A stretch of DNA of 63,510 nucleotides from Acidobacteriota bacterium (lineage in GTDB: Bacteria; Acidobacteriota; Vicinamibacteria; Vicinamibacterales; UBA2999), in assembly GCA_016213695.1 (NCBI GenBank), contig JACQZV010000098.1, forward strand, positions 1 to 63,510. The letters run 5' to 3'. Of this stretch, positions 9,477 through 19,437 are shown piece after piece. The notes beneath the pieces are model-generated. The model did no database searches and was not told the origin of the DNA. It worked only from the letters and a program-made list of their open reading frames with translations. Made by a program: the position numbers and the translations under genes. Position 1 is the first letter of the stretch; every line of letters begins with the position of its first letter.

Positions 9477-10157
9477 CTACAGGAGCGCAGGCAGATCCGG
9501 GATCGCGTGGACGATGTGGGTGGCGGGGAAGCCGATTTCCTCGGGCGGCTCGGCGGCGCCGCGCTGAATCCAGAACGTCGTCAGCCCCGCCGATCCCGCG
9601 CCGGCGATGTCCCACGAGTTCGAAGAGACAAATCCGACGCGCGACGGATCGGTGGCCAGTTGCTTCGGCAGCAGCGCGTAGACGCGCGGGCTCGGCTTGA
9701 AGACGCCGACGTCTTCGACGCTGACGATCGCGTCGAAGAGCGGCGCCAGCCCGGCGCTGACGACGGCGGACTGCAGCATCGCCGGCTCGCCGTTCGAGAG
9801 GATGGCCAGGCGGACGCCCTGCGCCTTGAGCGCCTCCAGGCCGGGCCGGACGTCGGGAAAGGCCTCGAGCGTGCGGTACGCGTCCAGCAGCCGGCTGCGG
9901 CACCCCGGCGTGAGATCGAGGCCGAGACTGCGCGCGGCATAGACGAGCCCGTCCTCCGTGACGCGCCAGAAATCCCTGTGGCGCTCCATCAGCGACCGCA
10001 GCAGACTGTAGTGGAGCTGCTTGGCCCGCCACAGCTGCGCCAGCGCGGCGCCGCGCCCCGGGAAATATTCCTCGCACAGCGCCGCAATGGAGAAGACGTC
10101 GAACAGCGTTCCGTAGGCGTCGAAGCCGAGGGCGGTCAGTGGCGGCGATGTCTGCAT
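9477..10157 (-). CDS. 2-haloacid dehalogenase type II (HAD superfamily)
   Basis: FDAYGTLFDV, WRAKQL, ILSNG, FKPSPRVY, FVSSNSWD: the L-2-haloacid dehalogenase catalytic set. Confidence 0.9.
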   Translation of the reverse strand: MQTSPPLTALGFDAYGTLFDVFSIAALCEEYFPGRGAALAQLWRAKQLHYSLLRSLMERHRDFWRVTEDGLVYAARSLGLDLTPGCRSRLLDAYRTLEAFPDVRPGLEALKAQGVRLAILSNGEPAMLQSAVVSAGLAPLFDAIVSVEDVGVFKPSPRVYALLPKQLATDPSRVGFVSSNSWDIAGAGSAGLTTFWIQRGAAEPPEEIGFPATHIVHAIPDLPALL

Positions 10158-10232
10158 GCTAAGATCGTAGAACCAGCCCGGCACGACGTGCCCGGCCCGT
10201 GCGAGCACGTGATCCGGAGGATCCCCTAGAGT

Positions 10233-12425
10233 ATGTCGATTCGTCGTGTGCGGCGGCACGCGCTGGTTGTGTGTACGGCCGCCATCATGTGTGCCGCGAT
10301 CCACGCGCCGTCGGCCTGGGCCGGGCAGGCAGAGGCCGAGCGGTCGAGGCCCATTGCGACCGCCGCCCCGGCCGGCGAGGCGCCGACGATCGACGGGATG
10401 CTCAACGATCCGGCCTGGCAGCGCGCGGCGCCGCTGGCCCATTTCACGCAGGCGGAGCCGCTCGAAGGGCAGCCGGCGTCGGAAGATACCGAGGTCCGCA
10501 TCCTCTACGACGACGACGCGATCTACGTCGGCGTCGTCCTGCACGACGGCAACCCGTCGCAGATCGTCACCACGGACACGCGTCGCGACGCCGACCTTCG
10601 CGAGATGGACTCGATCCAGATCGTGTTCGACACGTACCGCGATCGCCAGAACGGCTTCGTGTTCGGCACCAATGCGTCGGGTGTGCAGTACGACGCGCAG
10701 GTGCGCAGCGAGGGAAACCCCGCGTCGAGCTGGGACGGCAGCTGGGAGGTCAAAACGAACGTCACCGACACGGGGTGGACGGCGGAGTTCCGCATTCCGC
10801 TGCGCACGCTGCGCTACGGGCCCGCGCCGCAGACGTGGGGCGTCAATGCGTTCCGGAACATCCAGCGGACGCGCGAGCGCACGTTCTGGGCGCCGCTCGA
10901 GCGTAACTACAACCTCTCACGCCTGTCGTCGGCGGGAGAGCTGCGCGGCCTGCAGCTCAAGACGCCGCGCAACTTCAAGATGCTGCCGTACGCGATCAGT
11001 TCGGCGAACCGCGACTACCGGCCCCGCGCGAGGACCGATCTGAACGGCGACGTCGGCTTCGACGCCAAGTTCGGCCTGACACCCAGCCTGAATCTCGACG
11101 CCACCTACAACACCGACTTCGCGCAGGTCGAGGTCGACACCCAGCAGATCAACCTGACGCGGTTCAACCTGCGCTTTCCGGAGAAGCGTCCGTTCTTCCA
11201 GGAGAACTCGGGCCTGTTCCAGGTGGGAAAGGGCAACGACCTGGACCTGTTCTTCAGCCGGAGCATCGGCCTGGACGAGCGCGGCGGTCTGGTGCCGATT
11301 CGGGCCGGCGGCCGCCTGAGCGGCAAGGCCAACGGGGTCAACGTCGGCGCCCTGAACATGCAGACCGACGCGGTTGGCTCGAGGCCCGCCAACAATTTCT
11401 CGGTCCTGCGCGCCAGCCGCGAGCTGCCGAACCGATCGAGCGTCGGCGCGATGTTCGTCAACCGGACGGCCACCGGCGGTCGTGCGCGGCCGAACGACTT
11501 CAACCGGACCTTCGGTACCGACGCGCGCCTCGGTCTCGGGGAGCATTTCACGATGGCCGGGTTCGCCGCCCGGACCGAGACACCGGGGCGCACCGGCCGC
11601 GACCATGCCTACAACGTCGACACCCGCTGGGACGACGGCCGGCACGAAGGGATGTTCGAGTGGGGGCTGACCGGAGAGGACTTCAATCCCGAGGTCGGCT
11701 TCCTCGAAACCCCCGGCGGGTACCGGCGGTTCCGCGTCGGCGCCGGCGAGACGATGCGGCAGGAGAAGATCAGGGACCTGGGCTTCCGCGAGCTGAATCC
11801 CCACATGAACTACACCCGCTACGATTACCTGGACGGCGGGTTGCTGAACGCCGAATTGCACGTCGACAACCACTGGGACTGGGAGAACGGCAATTTCGCC
11901 ACGGTCGGACTCAACGGGACGTGGGATGGGCTGCGCGCCCCGTTTGAAGTCTACCCGGGCATCATCGTGCCGGCCGGCGAGCACGGCGGCCTGCGCGTCA
12001 CCTACCGGGCGAACACCGACCGGCGCAAGTGGATCTACGCCCGCGGCCAGTGGGACGTCGGCAGCTTCCTCAACGGCACGCAGCACAGCCCCACGTTTCA
12101 GCTCGTGCTGCGTGAGGGCGGGCGGTTCACGGTCGATGCGACGTGGAACTACCGCGCCATCGACCTGCCGCAGGGCGCGTTCCACACGAATCTGGGAAAC
12201 ACGCGGGTCACGTACAACTTCACGCCGTCGCTGTTTGTCCAGAGCCTGCTGCAGTACAACGACCGGACGAGGCGCTGGTCGACGAACCTGCGCTTCCATT
12301 GGCTCCAGACGGCGGGCACGGGACTCTTCGTGGTCTACAACGACACCGAGGGGCTGAACGGAATCGGCCCTGTGAACCGCGCGTTCATCATCAAGTACGT
12401 GCGCCAGTTCGACATTCTGAACTGA
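10233..12425 (+). CDS. Outer-membrane protein with carbohydrate-binding family 9-like N-domain and DUF5916-like barrel
   Basis: PTIDGMLNDPAW, TEVRILYDDDAIY, GWTAEFRIP, NTDFAQVEVD, FPEKRPFFQE; signal peptide. Confidence 0.8.
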   Translation: MSIRRVRRHALVVCTAAIMCAAIHAPSAWAGQAEAERSRPIATAAPAGEAPTIDGMLNDPAWQRAAPLAHFTQAEPLEGQPASEDTEVRILYDDDAIYVGVVLHDGNPSQIVTTDTRRDADLREMDSIQIVFDTYRDRQNGFVFGTNASGVQYDAQVRSEGNPASSWDGSWEVKTNVTDTGWTAEFRIPLRTLRYGPAPQTWGVNAFRNIQRTRERTFWAPLERNYNLSRLSSAGELRGLQLKTPRNFKMLPYAISSANRDYRPRARTDLNGDVGFDAKFGLTPSLNLDATYNTDFAQVEVDTQQINLTRFNLRFPEKRPFFQENSGLFQVGKGNDLDLFFSRSIGLDERGGLVPIRAGGRLSGKANGVNVGALNMQTDAVGSRPANNFSVLRASRELPNRSSVGAMFVNRTATGGRARPNDFNRTFGTDARLGLGEHFTMAGFAARTETPGRTGRDHAYNVDTRWDDGRHEGMFEWGLTGEDFNPEVGFLETPGGYRRFRVGAGETMRQEKIRDLGFRELNPHMNYTRYDYLDGGLLNAELHVDNHWDWENGNFATVGLNGTWDGLRAPFEVYPGIIVPAGEHGGLRVTYRANTDRRKWIYARGQWDVGSFLNGTQHSPTFQLVLREGGRFTVDATWNYRAIDLPQGAFHTNLGNTRVTYNFTPSLFVQSLLQYNDRTRRWSTNLRFHWLQTAGTGLFVVYNDTEGLNGIGPVNRAFIIKYVRQFDILN

Positions 12426-12448
12426 CGCGAGCCGATATACTGGGCCGC

Positions 12449-14173
12449 ATGCGCACAGGCTTCTGGCTGGCCGTGGCCGGCGCGCTGGTCGTTGCCAGCG
12501 TGCTCGCCGCACGGGATCGTCCCGGATCGCCGAGACCCGACGTGCGGCGGTCGTCGTCGGGGCCCGCGCTCGACGAGATTCGCGCTGGCGACGTGGCCGC
12601 GCACCTGCGGTTTCTTGCCGACGATCTGCTGGAAGGACGCGCGCCGTCGACGCGGGGCGGCCAGCTGGCGGCGACCTATCTGGCCGCGCAGCTCGCCGTT
12701 CTCGGGTACGAGCCGGCCGGCGACGCCGGCACCTACTTTCAGGACGTGGCGATCGTCGAGTCGGTGGTGAACCCGTCGTTCACGCTCGCCGCGGGTCCGG
12801 GCGCCCCTTTCCCGTACCTGGAGGATGTGGTCGCTTTCAGTGACGTGCAGGAGCCCCGTGTCGCGGCCGCCGGAGAGGTCGTTTTTGTGGGTCACGGCAT
12901 CGTGGCGCCCGAGTACGCCTGGAACGACTACGCCGGCATCGACATGACGGGCAAGGTGGCGCTCGTGATGGTCAACGATCCGCCCGCGACCGCCGACGAG
13001 CCGCAGCTGTTCGGCGGCCGTGCGCTCACCTACTACGGCCGCTGGACCTACAAGTTCGAGGAGGCGGCGCGCCAGGGCGCGGGCGGCGCCATTCTGATTC
13101 ACACGGATGAGTCGGCGACGTATCCGTGGCAGGTCGTGCGGTCGTCGTGGAGCGGCACCCAGTACTCCATCCCCGCGGTCGCGGGCGTCCCGCAGCTGGC
13201 GCTGAAGGCCTGGGTGACCGACCGGGCGGCCCGGGAGATCGCCCGGCGCGCCGGCCGGGACCTCGACGCGCTGCGGAAGACGGCGGCGACACGGGGCGCC
13301 CGGCCGGTCCCGCTCGGTATCCGGGCGTCGGCGACGATTGCGCAGACCGTGCAGCGGAAGGCCTCGCCGAATGTCATCGGGGTGCTGCGCGGGACGAGCG
13401 GTGCCGAAGGCGTGGTGTACACCGCACATTACGATCACCTCGGCACGCGCGACCCGCAGCCCGCGGATCCCCAGGGCGCCGACCGCATCTACAACGGCGC
13501 GCTCGACAACGCGTCGGGCCTCGCCGGTACGCTCGAGGTCGCGCAGGCGCTGGCGCGCGGGCGGACACGTCCGGCGCGGTCCATCTACATCCTGTTCACG
13601 ACGGCCGAAGAGGCCGGCCTTCTCGGCGCGCAGTACTTCGCCGGCCATCCGGTACTGCCGGCTGCTGCATGGGCGGCCGACATCAACATCGACGAGCTCA
13701 ACATGGCGGGCCCGAGCCGCGACATCGTGCTGCTCGGCGCCGAGCGCTCGACCCTGGGCGCGCTGGCGTCGCAGCTGGCGGCCGAGCGGGGGAGAACCAT
13801 CGGTCCCGACCCCGATCCCGGCGCGGGCCACTTCTTCCGGTCGGATCACTTCCCGCTGGCCAAGGTCGGGATTCCGGCCGTGTCGCTGAGCCAGCCGGCC
13901 GACTTCAACGGGCGCGACCCCGAAGGACAGAAGAAAGTCCAGGACGAATACGAAGCGAACCGCTACCACCAGCCGTCCGACCAGATCCTGCCGGGCTGGG
14001 ATTACACGGGAGCCGTCAACGACCTCAGGTTCCTTGCCGAGCTGGGCTGGCGCATCGCGAACCTCACCCCGATGCCTGCCTACCATTCGAACGAGCAGTT
14101 CGCGCGCCCGCGCATCGGTGTGCCGCCCACGGGCGCCGCCCAGGGCGTCCAGGGCACGGCCGGGCGGCCGTGA
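12449..14173 (+). CDS. M28 family peptidase with PA domain
   Basis: LADDLLEGRAP, YYGRWTYKFEEA, TAHYDHLG, NGALDNASG, TAEEAGLLG, RSDHFP, YHQPSD. Confidence 0.9.
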   Translation: MRTGFWLAVAGALVVASVLAARDRPGSPRPDVRRSSSGPALDEIRAGDVAAHLRFLADDLLEGRAPSTRGGQLAATYLAAQLAVLGYEPAGDAGTYFQDVAIVESVVNPSFTLAAGPGAPFPYLEDVVAFSDVQEPRVAAAGEVVFVGHGIVAPEYAWNDYAGIDMTGKVALVMVNDPPATADEPQLFGGRALTYYGRWTYKFEEAARQGAGGAILIHTDESATYPWQVVRSSWSGTQYSIPAVAGVPQLALKAWVTDRAAREIARRAGRDLDALRKTAATRGARPVPLGIRASATIAQTVQRKASPNVIGVLRGTSGAEGVVYTAHYDHLGTRDPQPADPQGADRIYNGALDNASGLAGTLEVAQALARGRTRPARSIYILFTTAEEAGLLGAQYFAGHPVLPAAAWAADINIDELNMAGPSRDIVLLGAERSTLGALASQLAAERGRTIGPDPDPGAGHFFRSDHFPLAKVGIPAVSLSQPADFNGRDPEGQKKVQDEYEANRYHQPSDQILPGWDYTGAVNDLRFLAELGWRIANLTPMPAYHSNEQFARPRIGVPPTGAAQGVQGTAGRP

Positions 14174-15108
14174 CGACGACGCTGGTCGCGCTGGCGGACG
14201 TCGAGGCGGCCGCCGCCCGCATCCGGGGCGTCGCCGTGCGCACGCCGCTCATCGAAGCGCAGGGCCTGTGGCTCAAGTGCGAGAACCTCCAGCCGATGGG
14301 CGCGTTCAAGCTCCGGGGCGCCGTCAACTTTCTGGCGCAGCTCCCGGCCGACGCGCGCGCCGCCGGTGTCATCACGTACTCGTCGGGCAACCACGGGCAG
14401 GCGGTGGCGCTCGCCGCCGCGCGGCTCGGGGTGCCGGCGGTCGTGGTGATGCCGGAAACCGCACCGCGCGTGAAAGTCGAGGGGGTGCGCCGGTACGGCG
14501 GCGAGGTGATCGTCGCGGGGACGACATCGGTCGACCGCCGCCTGAGAGCCGAGCGTGAGGCGGCCGCCCGCGGCCTCACGATGGTGCCCCCCTTCGATCA
14601 CCCGTGGATCATCGCCGGCGCCGGCACGTGCGGCCTGGAGATTCTCGAGCAGCAGCCCGAGGTGTCGGTCGTCTACGTGCCGGTCGGTGGTGGCGGGCTG
14701 ATCGCGGGCATCGCGGCGGCCATCAAGGGACGCGGCCGGGGCGTGCGCGTGATCGGCGTCGAGCCTGCCGGCGCCGCCAAGATGTCGGCCTCCCACGCGG
14801 CGGGCCATCCCGTGACACTGGAGCGCACGTCGAGCATTGCCGACGGCCTGCTTCCCCTGCGTCCGGGCCACATCACGTTCGCGCACGTGCAGGCGCTCGT
14901 GGACGAGATCGTCACCGTCAGCGACGAGGCGATTGCCGCGGCTGTCCGGTGGGTGTTTCGCGAGGCGCGGCTGGTCGCCGAGCCGAGCGGTGCCGCGACG
15001 GTCGCAGCGGTGCTGCAGGCCGGCCCCTCTGCGGGTCCGGGCACGGTGGCGGTCGTGTCGGGCGGCAATGTCTCGGGGGACGATTTCGCCCGCTATATCG
15101 CCGGCTGA
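14170..15108 (+). CDS. Threonine/serine dehydratase (PLP-dependent)
   Basis: KCENLQPMGAFKLRGA, SSGNHGQA, PVGGGGLIAG, AEPSGAA, SGGN; GTGA overlap with the upstream gene. Confidence 0.9.
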   Translation: MTTTLVALADVEAAAARIRGVAVRTPLIEAQGLWLKCENLQPMGAFKLRGAVNFLAQLPADARAAGVITYSSGNHGQAVALAAARLGVPAVVVMPETAPRVKVEGVRRYGGEVIVAGTTSVDRRLRAEREAAARGLTMVPPFDHPWIIAGAGTCGLEILEQQPEVSVVYVPVGGGGLIAGIAAAIKGRGRGVRVIGVEPAGAAKMSASHAAGHPVTLERTSSIADGLLPLRPGHITFAHVQALVDEIVTVSDEAIAAAVRWVFREARLVAEPSGAATVAAVLQAGPSAGPGTVAVVSGGNVSGDDFARYIAG

Positions 15109-15140
15109 CGGGCGGCCGCTGCCGGAGGTCCTGTGTTAAG

Positions 15141-15164
15141 CCATATAAATGGTTTAGAATATGG
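15141..15164 (+). promoter_or_regulatory. vapBC promoter/operator: nested palindromes over a -10 TAGAAT
   Basis: CCAT-ATAA-ATGG (15141-15152); CCATAT...ATATGG (15141-15164); TAGAAT at 15155-15160. Confidence 0.6.
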
Positions 15165-15166
15165 TC

Positions 15167-15517
15167 ATGTCTACGGTTAACATTTTTGAGGTCAAGGCGA
15201 AGCTGTCCGAGTACATCGAGCGCGCCGCGCGGGGCGAACGGATCGTGATTTGCCGCCACAACAAGCCCGTGGCGGAGTTGCGCGCGGTCGAGCACGCCCG
15301 CACCGAGCCGCGTCCGATCGGGCCTCTGCCGGGCGAGCCGACCTTCGACGTGGCACCGTCCTTCTTCGAGCCGCTTTCCGACGAGGAGCTGGACCTGTGG
15401 GAACGTGGCACCGCGGGCGATCCGCTCTCGGCGCCTGCCGGGGCACAGCGGGCGCCGAGGGTGGCCGAGAAGAAGGCCCGCTACCGCACCGGCCGAACCG
15501 GCAGGCGGCGGTCGTGA
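15167..15517 (+). CDS. vapB: Phd/YefM-family antitoxin
   Basis: MSTVNIFEVKAKLSEYIERAARGERIVICRHNKPVAEL; alternative ATG at 15161. Confidence 0.88.
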   Translation: MSTVNIFEVKAKLSEYIERAARGERIVICRHNKPVAELRAVEHARTEPRPIGPLPGEPTFDVAPSFFEPLSDEELDLWERGTAGDPLSAPAGAQRAPRVAEKKARYRTGRTGRRRS

Positions 15518-15897
15518 GGCTGCTGCTCGACACGTGCACCTTCCTGTGGCTCGCCGGCGGCGGCCGCCTGTCGGCCGTGTCGGCGGCGGCGATTCGCGAC
15601 CCGTCGAACGAGATCCTGCTGAGCGCCGTGTCCGTGTGGGAAATCGCGTCCGAGCACCGAGCCGGGCGGCTGCCGCTGCCTGAACCGCCCGACCGCCTGA
15701 TTCCGGCCCGGTGCCGCACGCGCGGCATCGCCTCGCTCGACTTTGACGAGGACTCGGCGCTTCAGGTGCTGCGGTTGCCCGCCCTGCATCGCGATCCGTT
15801 CGACCGCATGCTCATCTCGCAGGCCATCGCGCACGGGCTGGCGATCGTGACACCCGATCCGCTCGTGACGCAGTACCCGGTTCGCGTGATCTGGTGA
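15514..15897 (+). CDS. vapC: PIN-domain toxin VapC
   Basis: VRLLLDTCTFLW, SAVSVWEI, HRDPFDRMLISQA; GTGA overlap with the antitoxin. Confidence 0.88.
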   Translation: MRLLLDTCTFLWLAGGGRLSAVSAAAIRDPSNEILLSAVSVWEIASEHRAGRLPLPEPPDRLIPARCRTRGIASLDFDEDSALQVLRLPALHRDPFDRMLISQAIAHGLAIVTPDPLVTQYPVRVIW

Positions 15898-17310
15898 CTA
15901 GAGATCTCCCCGTGTCTCCGTGTCTCCGTGGCCCGTTGAGGCGAGAATTCGCTGCGCCTCGCCGACCGCGTCCTCGACGGTCGTAATCTTCCCGTCGAGC
16001 TGCTTCTCGTACACCTGCTTCAGAATCTCGCCCACCCGAGGCCCCGGCGACAGGCCGAGCCCCAGCAGGTGCCGGCCGAGGAGGAGCGGGGCCGGCGGCC
16101 GATGTTCGACGCCGAGGGTCCGCGCGCGCTCGATGAACCAGTCCATCGCCGAGCAGTCGAACGTGCCGGTGCGTCCGAGGCAATCGGCGCGGGCGATGCG
16201 GGCCAGCAGCTCGAGGTCGACTTTCTGCGCCAGCCGACGGAAGGCGCCGTCGCCGACCTGGGCCGCCTTGTGGAGCATCCCGGGCTTCAGGTGGTGGGCC
16301 ACGAGCCCGACGACCTGGCCGCGCACGTCGAAGCCGTCGATCGTGTGCACGTGCAGGCGGTCCAGCAGGCTGAGCGTCGGCGCGACGCCCGCCTGCTCGT
16401 GGTCCAGGGATCGGATCCGGCCATCGATGACCGCCGTGGTCGACGGCTTGCCCAGATCGTGGCAGACGGCGCCGAGCATGAGGGTGGTGAGGCGCGGGCG
16501 ATCGAGGTCCGCGTTCAGCGCCCGCGCCTTATCGACGACCATCAGCGTGTGCGTCCAGACGTCGCCTTCGGGGTGCCAGTCGGGCTCCTGCTCGCACCCG
16601 ACCAGCGGCCGGAGTTCGGGCAGCAGGGCATCGACGACGCCGAGGTCGAGCGCAAGGGAGAGGCCGAGCGACGGTCGCGCGGCCATGAGCAGCAGCTTGT
16701 CCAGCTCGCCCCACACCCGTTCGGCCGGCAGGTCGTCGAGCGGAATGCGGCGGCAGAGCGCGGCCGTGTCGTCGTCGAGCGTGAACTCGAGGCGCGCCGC
16801 GAACTGGACGGCGCGGAGCACGCGCAGGCTGTCGTCGCCGAAGGTCTGCGGATCGACGACGCGGAGCACCCGGCGGGCGAGGTCGGCGCGTCCGCCGTGG
16901 GGGTCTTCATAGACGTCGGTCAGCGGGTCCCACGAGATCGCATTCACGGTGAAGTCGCGCCGCCGCGCGGCCTCGGCACTCGACATGGACGGATCGCCGA
17001 CGACCTGGAAGCCCTTGTGTCCGCGCCCGGCCTTCGACTCGCGGCGGGGGAGCGCGACGTCGATCGTGCCGGCCTCCGGCCCCTGCAGCGCCACTTTGTA
17101 GACGGGAAAGCTCTGACCGACCGCCTCCACCCGCCCGAACGGCCGCAGGAGCTCCGCGAGGCGGTCCTCCGGCACGCCGAACACCTCCAGGTCGATGTCG
17201 CCGGAGGGATGGCCGCGCAGCCTGTCGCGCACCCAGCCACCGACGATGAGGGCGCGTCCGCCGGCCCCGCGCACGGCCGTCGCGATGGCACGGGCCAGGT
17301 CGAGTGACAT
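15898..17310 (-). CDS. cca: CCA tRNA nucleotidyltransferase / poly(A) polymerase family with HD domain
   Basis: VGGWVRD, DIDLEV, RRRDFTVNA, DDSLRVLRAVQFAAR, HPEGDVWTH, CHDLGKP. Confidence 0.88.
   Translation of the reverse strand: MSLDLARAIATAVRGAGGRALIVGGWVRDRLRGHPSGDIDLEVFGVPEDRLAELLRPFGRVEAVGQSFPVYKVALQGPEAGTIDVALPRRESKAGRGHKGFQVVGDPSMSSAEAARRRDFTVNAISWDPLTDVYEDPHGGRADLARRVLRVVDPQTFGDDSLRVLRAVQFAARLEFTLDDDTAALCRRIPLDDLPAERVWGELDKLLLMAARPSLGLSLALDLGVVDALLPELRPLVGCEQEPDWHPEGDVWTHTLMVVDKARALNADLDRPRLTTLMLGAVCHDLGKPSTTAVIDGRIRSLDHEQAGVAPTLSLLDRLHVHTIDGFDVRGQVVGLVAHHLKPGMLHKAAQVGDGAFRRLAQKVDLELLARIARADCLGRTGTFDCSAMDWFIERARTLGVEHRPPAPLLLGRHLLGLGLSPGPRVGEILKQVYEKQLDGKITTVEDAVGEAQRILASTGHGDTETRGDL
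15906..15930. repeat. Octamer tandem repeat (CTCCGTGT x~3) at the cca 3' end
   Basis: ctccccgtgtctccgtgtctccgtg; the unit differs by one base from the 8331-8401 unit. Confidence 0.55.
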
Positions 17311-17348
17311 TCCGCCTGTGATTGTGCTTCGATTTGGGGGACACGCGC

Positions 17349-18494
17349 ATGCCGCCCCACGACCGGACCATGGCTTTGCTCGAGGACCTGATCGCGATCG
17401 ACTCGGTCAACCCATCGCTCGTACCGGGGGCGCGCGGCGAGGCGGAGATCTCGCGGCGCGTGGCCGCCGAATGTACGGCCGCCGGCCTCTCCGTGGAGGT
17501 CCATGAGGTCGCGCCAGGCCGTCCCAACGTGGTGGCCGTGCTCGAGGGGCCCCGCCCGGGACCGACGCTGATGTTCTGCGGGCACGTCGATACGGTGGGC
17601 GTGGCCGGCATGGATCAGCCGTTTCGACCGGTGTATCGCGACGGGCGGCTGTACGGGCGCGGCGCGCAGGACATGAAGGCAGGCCTGGCGGCCATGCTCG
17701 GTGCGGCACGGCAGATCGCCGAGCAGGGGGGATGCGGCCGCGGCCGTCTGGTGGTGGCCGCGGTTGTCGACGAGGAGCATGCGAGCATCGGCGCCGAGGC
17801 GCTGGCGGCGACCTGGCGGGCCGACGCTGCCGTCGTGACCGAGCCGACCGATCTCGATATTGCCGTGGCGCACAAAGGATTCGAATGGATCGACATCGTC
17901 ACGCACGGCCGCGCCGCGCACGGCAGCCGCCCCCGGGACGGCCGCGACGCCATCCTGCGCATGGGCCGCGTGCTCGGCCGGCTCGAGGGGCTCGACCGGC
18001 AGCTGCAGGCCGGGCGCGCGCACGCGCTGCTGGGCACGGCGTCGCTGCACGCGTCGCTCATCGGCGGGGGACGCGAGCTGAGCAGCTATCCGGAGCGATG
18101 CTCCGTGCAGATCGAGCGGCGGACGCTGCCGGGCGAGCCGGTCGGCGCCGGGCTCGAGGAGGTCCGCGGCATTCTGGAGGCCCTGCGTCGTGACGATGCG
18201 GAATTTGGCGGCGAGGCGCGGCTCGTGTTCGGCCGCGCCGCGTTCGAGCTGGCCCCGGCCCATCGGCTGCCGGAACGCCTCGCGCGGGCGATCGAGTCCG
18301 CCGGCCATCAACCGCGCCTGGTCGGCATGAGCTTCTGGAGCGATGCGTCCATCCTGAGCGCGGCGGGCACGCCGACCGTGCTGTTCGGACCGGGAGGCGC
18401 GGGCCTGCACAGCCCGGACGAGTACGTGCGCGTCGATGATGTCCGGGTGTGCCGCGAGGCGCTCGTGGCGCTCGCGGGCGATGTGTTGGGGTAG
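17349..18494 (+). CDS. M20 family peptidase (ArgE/DapE-like deacylase)
   Basis: IDSVNP, FCGHVDTV, GRGAQDMKAG, VVDEEH, VTEPT, HSPDE. Confidence 0.9.
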   Translation: MPPHDRTMALLEDLIAIDSVNPSLVPGARGEAEISRRVAAECTAAGLSVEVHEVAPGRPNVVAVLEGPRPGPTLMFCGHVDTVGVAGMDQPFRPVYRDGRLYGRGAQDMKAGLAAMLGAARQIAEQGGCGRGRLVVAAVVDEEHASIGAEALAATWRADAAVVTEPTDLDIAVAHKGFEWIDIVTHGRAAHGSRPRDGRDAILRMGRVLGRLEGLDRQLQAGRAHALLGTASLHASLIGGGRELSSYPERCSVQIERRTLPGEPVGAGLEEVRGILEALRRDDAEFGGEARLVFGRAAFELAPAHRLPERLARAIESAGHQPRLVGMSFWSDASILSAAGTPTVLFGPGGAGLHSPDEYVRVDDVRVCREALVALAGDVLG

Positions 18495-18504
18495 CGCTCG
18501 AGTC

Positions 18505-19437
18505 TCAGCGTTCGCGGAGGAGGGCGCGCACGACAAAGCCGAGGTTGGCGGGCCGCTCGCCGAGCCGGCGCATGAAATACGGAAACCATTCACGCCCGAA
18601 CGGCACGTACACGCGCAGGCGGTAGCCGCGCTCGACGAGCGACGCCTGAAGGTCGCGCCGGATGCCGTAGAGCATCTGGAACTCGAAGCGATCGCGTGCC
18701 ACGCCGCGCGCATCGGCGTACGCGCACACCTGTGCGAGGGTGGCCTCATCGTGCGTGGCGATGGCCGGGTACGTGCCGGCGTCCAGCAGCTCGCGCGCCA
18801 GCCGCACGAACGCCGCATCGACGTCCTCGCGGCGCTGGTACGCGATCGACGCGGGCTCCTTGTACGCCCCCTTGACGAGGCGCACCCGCGCGCCGAGCTC
18901 GTTCATGCGCCGGAGGTCGCCATCGGTGCGCCGGAGGGCCGCCTGGAGCGCCACGCCGAGGTGGCGGTCGCCCTGCGCCCAGAGCGTTTCGAAGACGTCG
19001 AGCGTCCGCTCCGTGTACGGCGAATTCTCCATGTCGATGCGGACGAAGAAGGCGTGCCGCCCCGCCGGCTGGAGAATGCGCCGCAGGTTGTCGATGCAGG
19101 TGGCGCGGTCGACGTCGATGCCGAGCTGGGTCAGCTTGAGCGAGATGTTGCGCTCGATGCCCGACGCCTCGATGACGTGCATGAGGCTCACGTATTCCCG
19201 TGTGGCCGCCGCGGCACCCTCGTACGTCCTGACGCCTTCGCCCAGGTGGTCGAGGGTGATCAGGCGCCCCTGCGCCTGCAGCCGCCGCGACGCCTCGATG
19301 GCGGACTCGATGGTCTCACCGGCAATGAACCGGCTCGCGAAACTCTCCGGCGTGGCCAGGCCGTGGCGCGACGCGAGGCGCTTCAGGCGCGCACTGCGGG
19401 AGAGGGCATGGAAGAACGCCTTCGCCCCGCCGTACAT
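18505..19437 (-). CDS. Monofunctional proline dehydrogenase
   Basis: RFIAGE, TLDHLGE, SLKLTQLG, RIDME, RLVKGAYKE, ATHD, FQMLYGIR, YFMRRLGERPAN. Confidence 0.93.
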   Translation of the reverse strand: MYGGAKAFFHALSRSARLKRLASRHGLATPESFASRFIAGETIESAIEASRRLQAQGRLITLDHLGEGVRTYEGAAAATREYVSLMHVIEASGIERNISLKLTQLGIDVDRATCIDNLRRILQPAGRHAFFVRIDMENSPYTERTLDVFETLWAQGDRHLGVALQAALRRTDGDLRRMNELGARVRLVKGAYKEPASIAYQRREDVDAAFVRLARELLDAGTYPAIATHDEATLAQVCAYADARGVARDRFEFQMLYGIRRDLQASLVERGYRLRVYVPFGREWFPYFMRRLGERPANLGFVVRALLRER

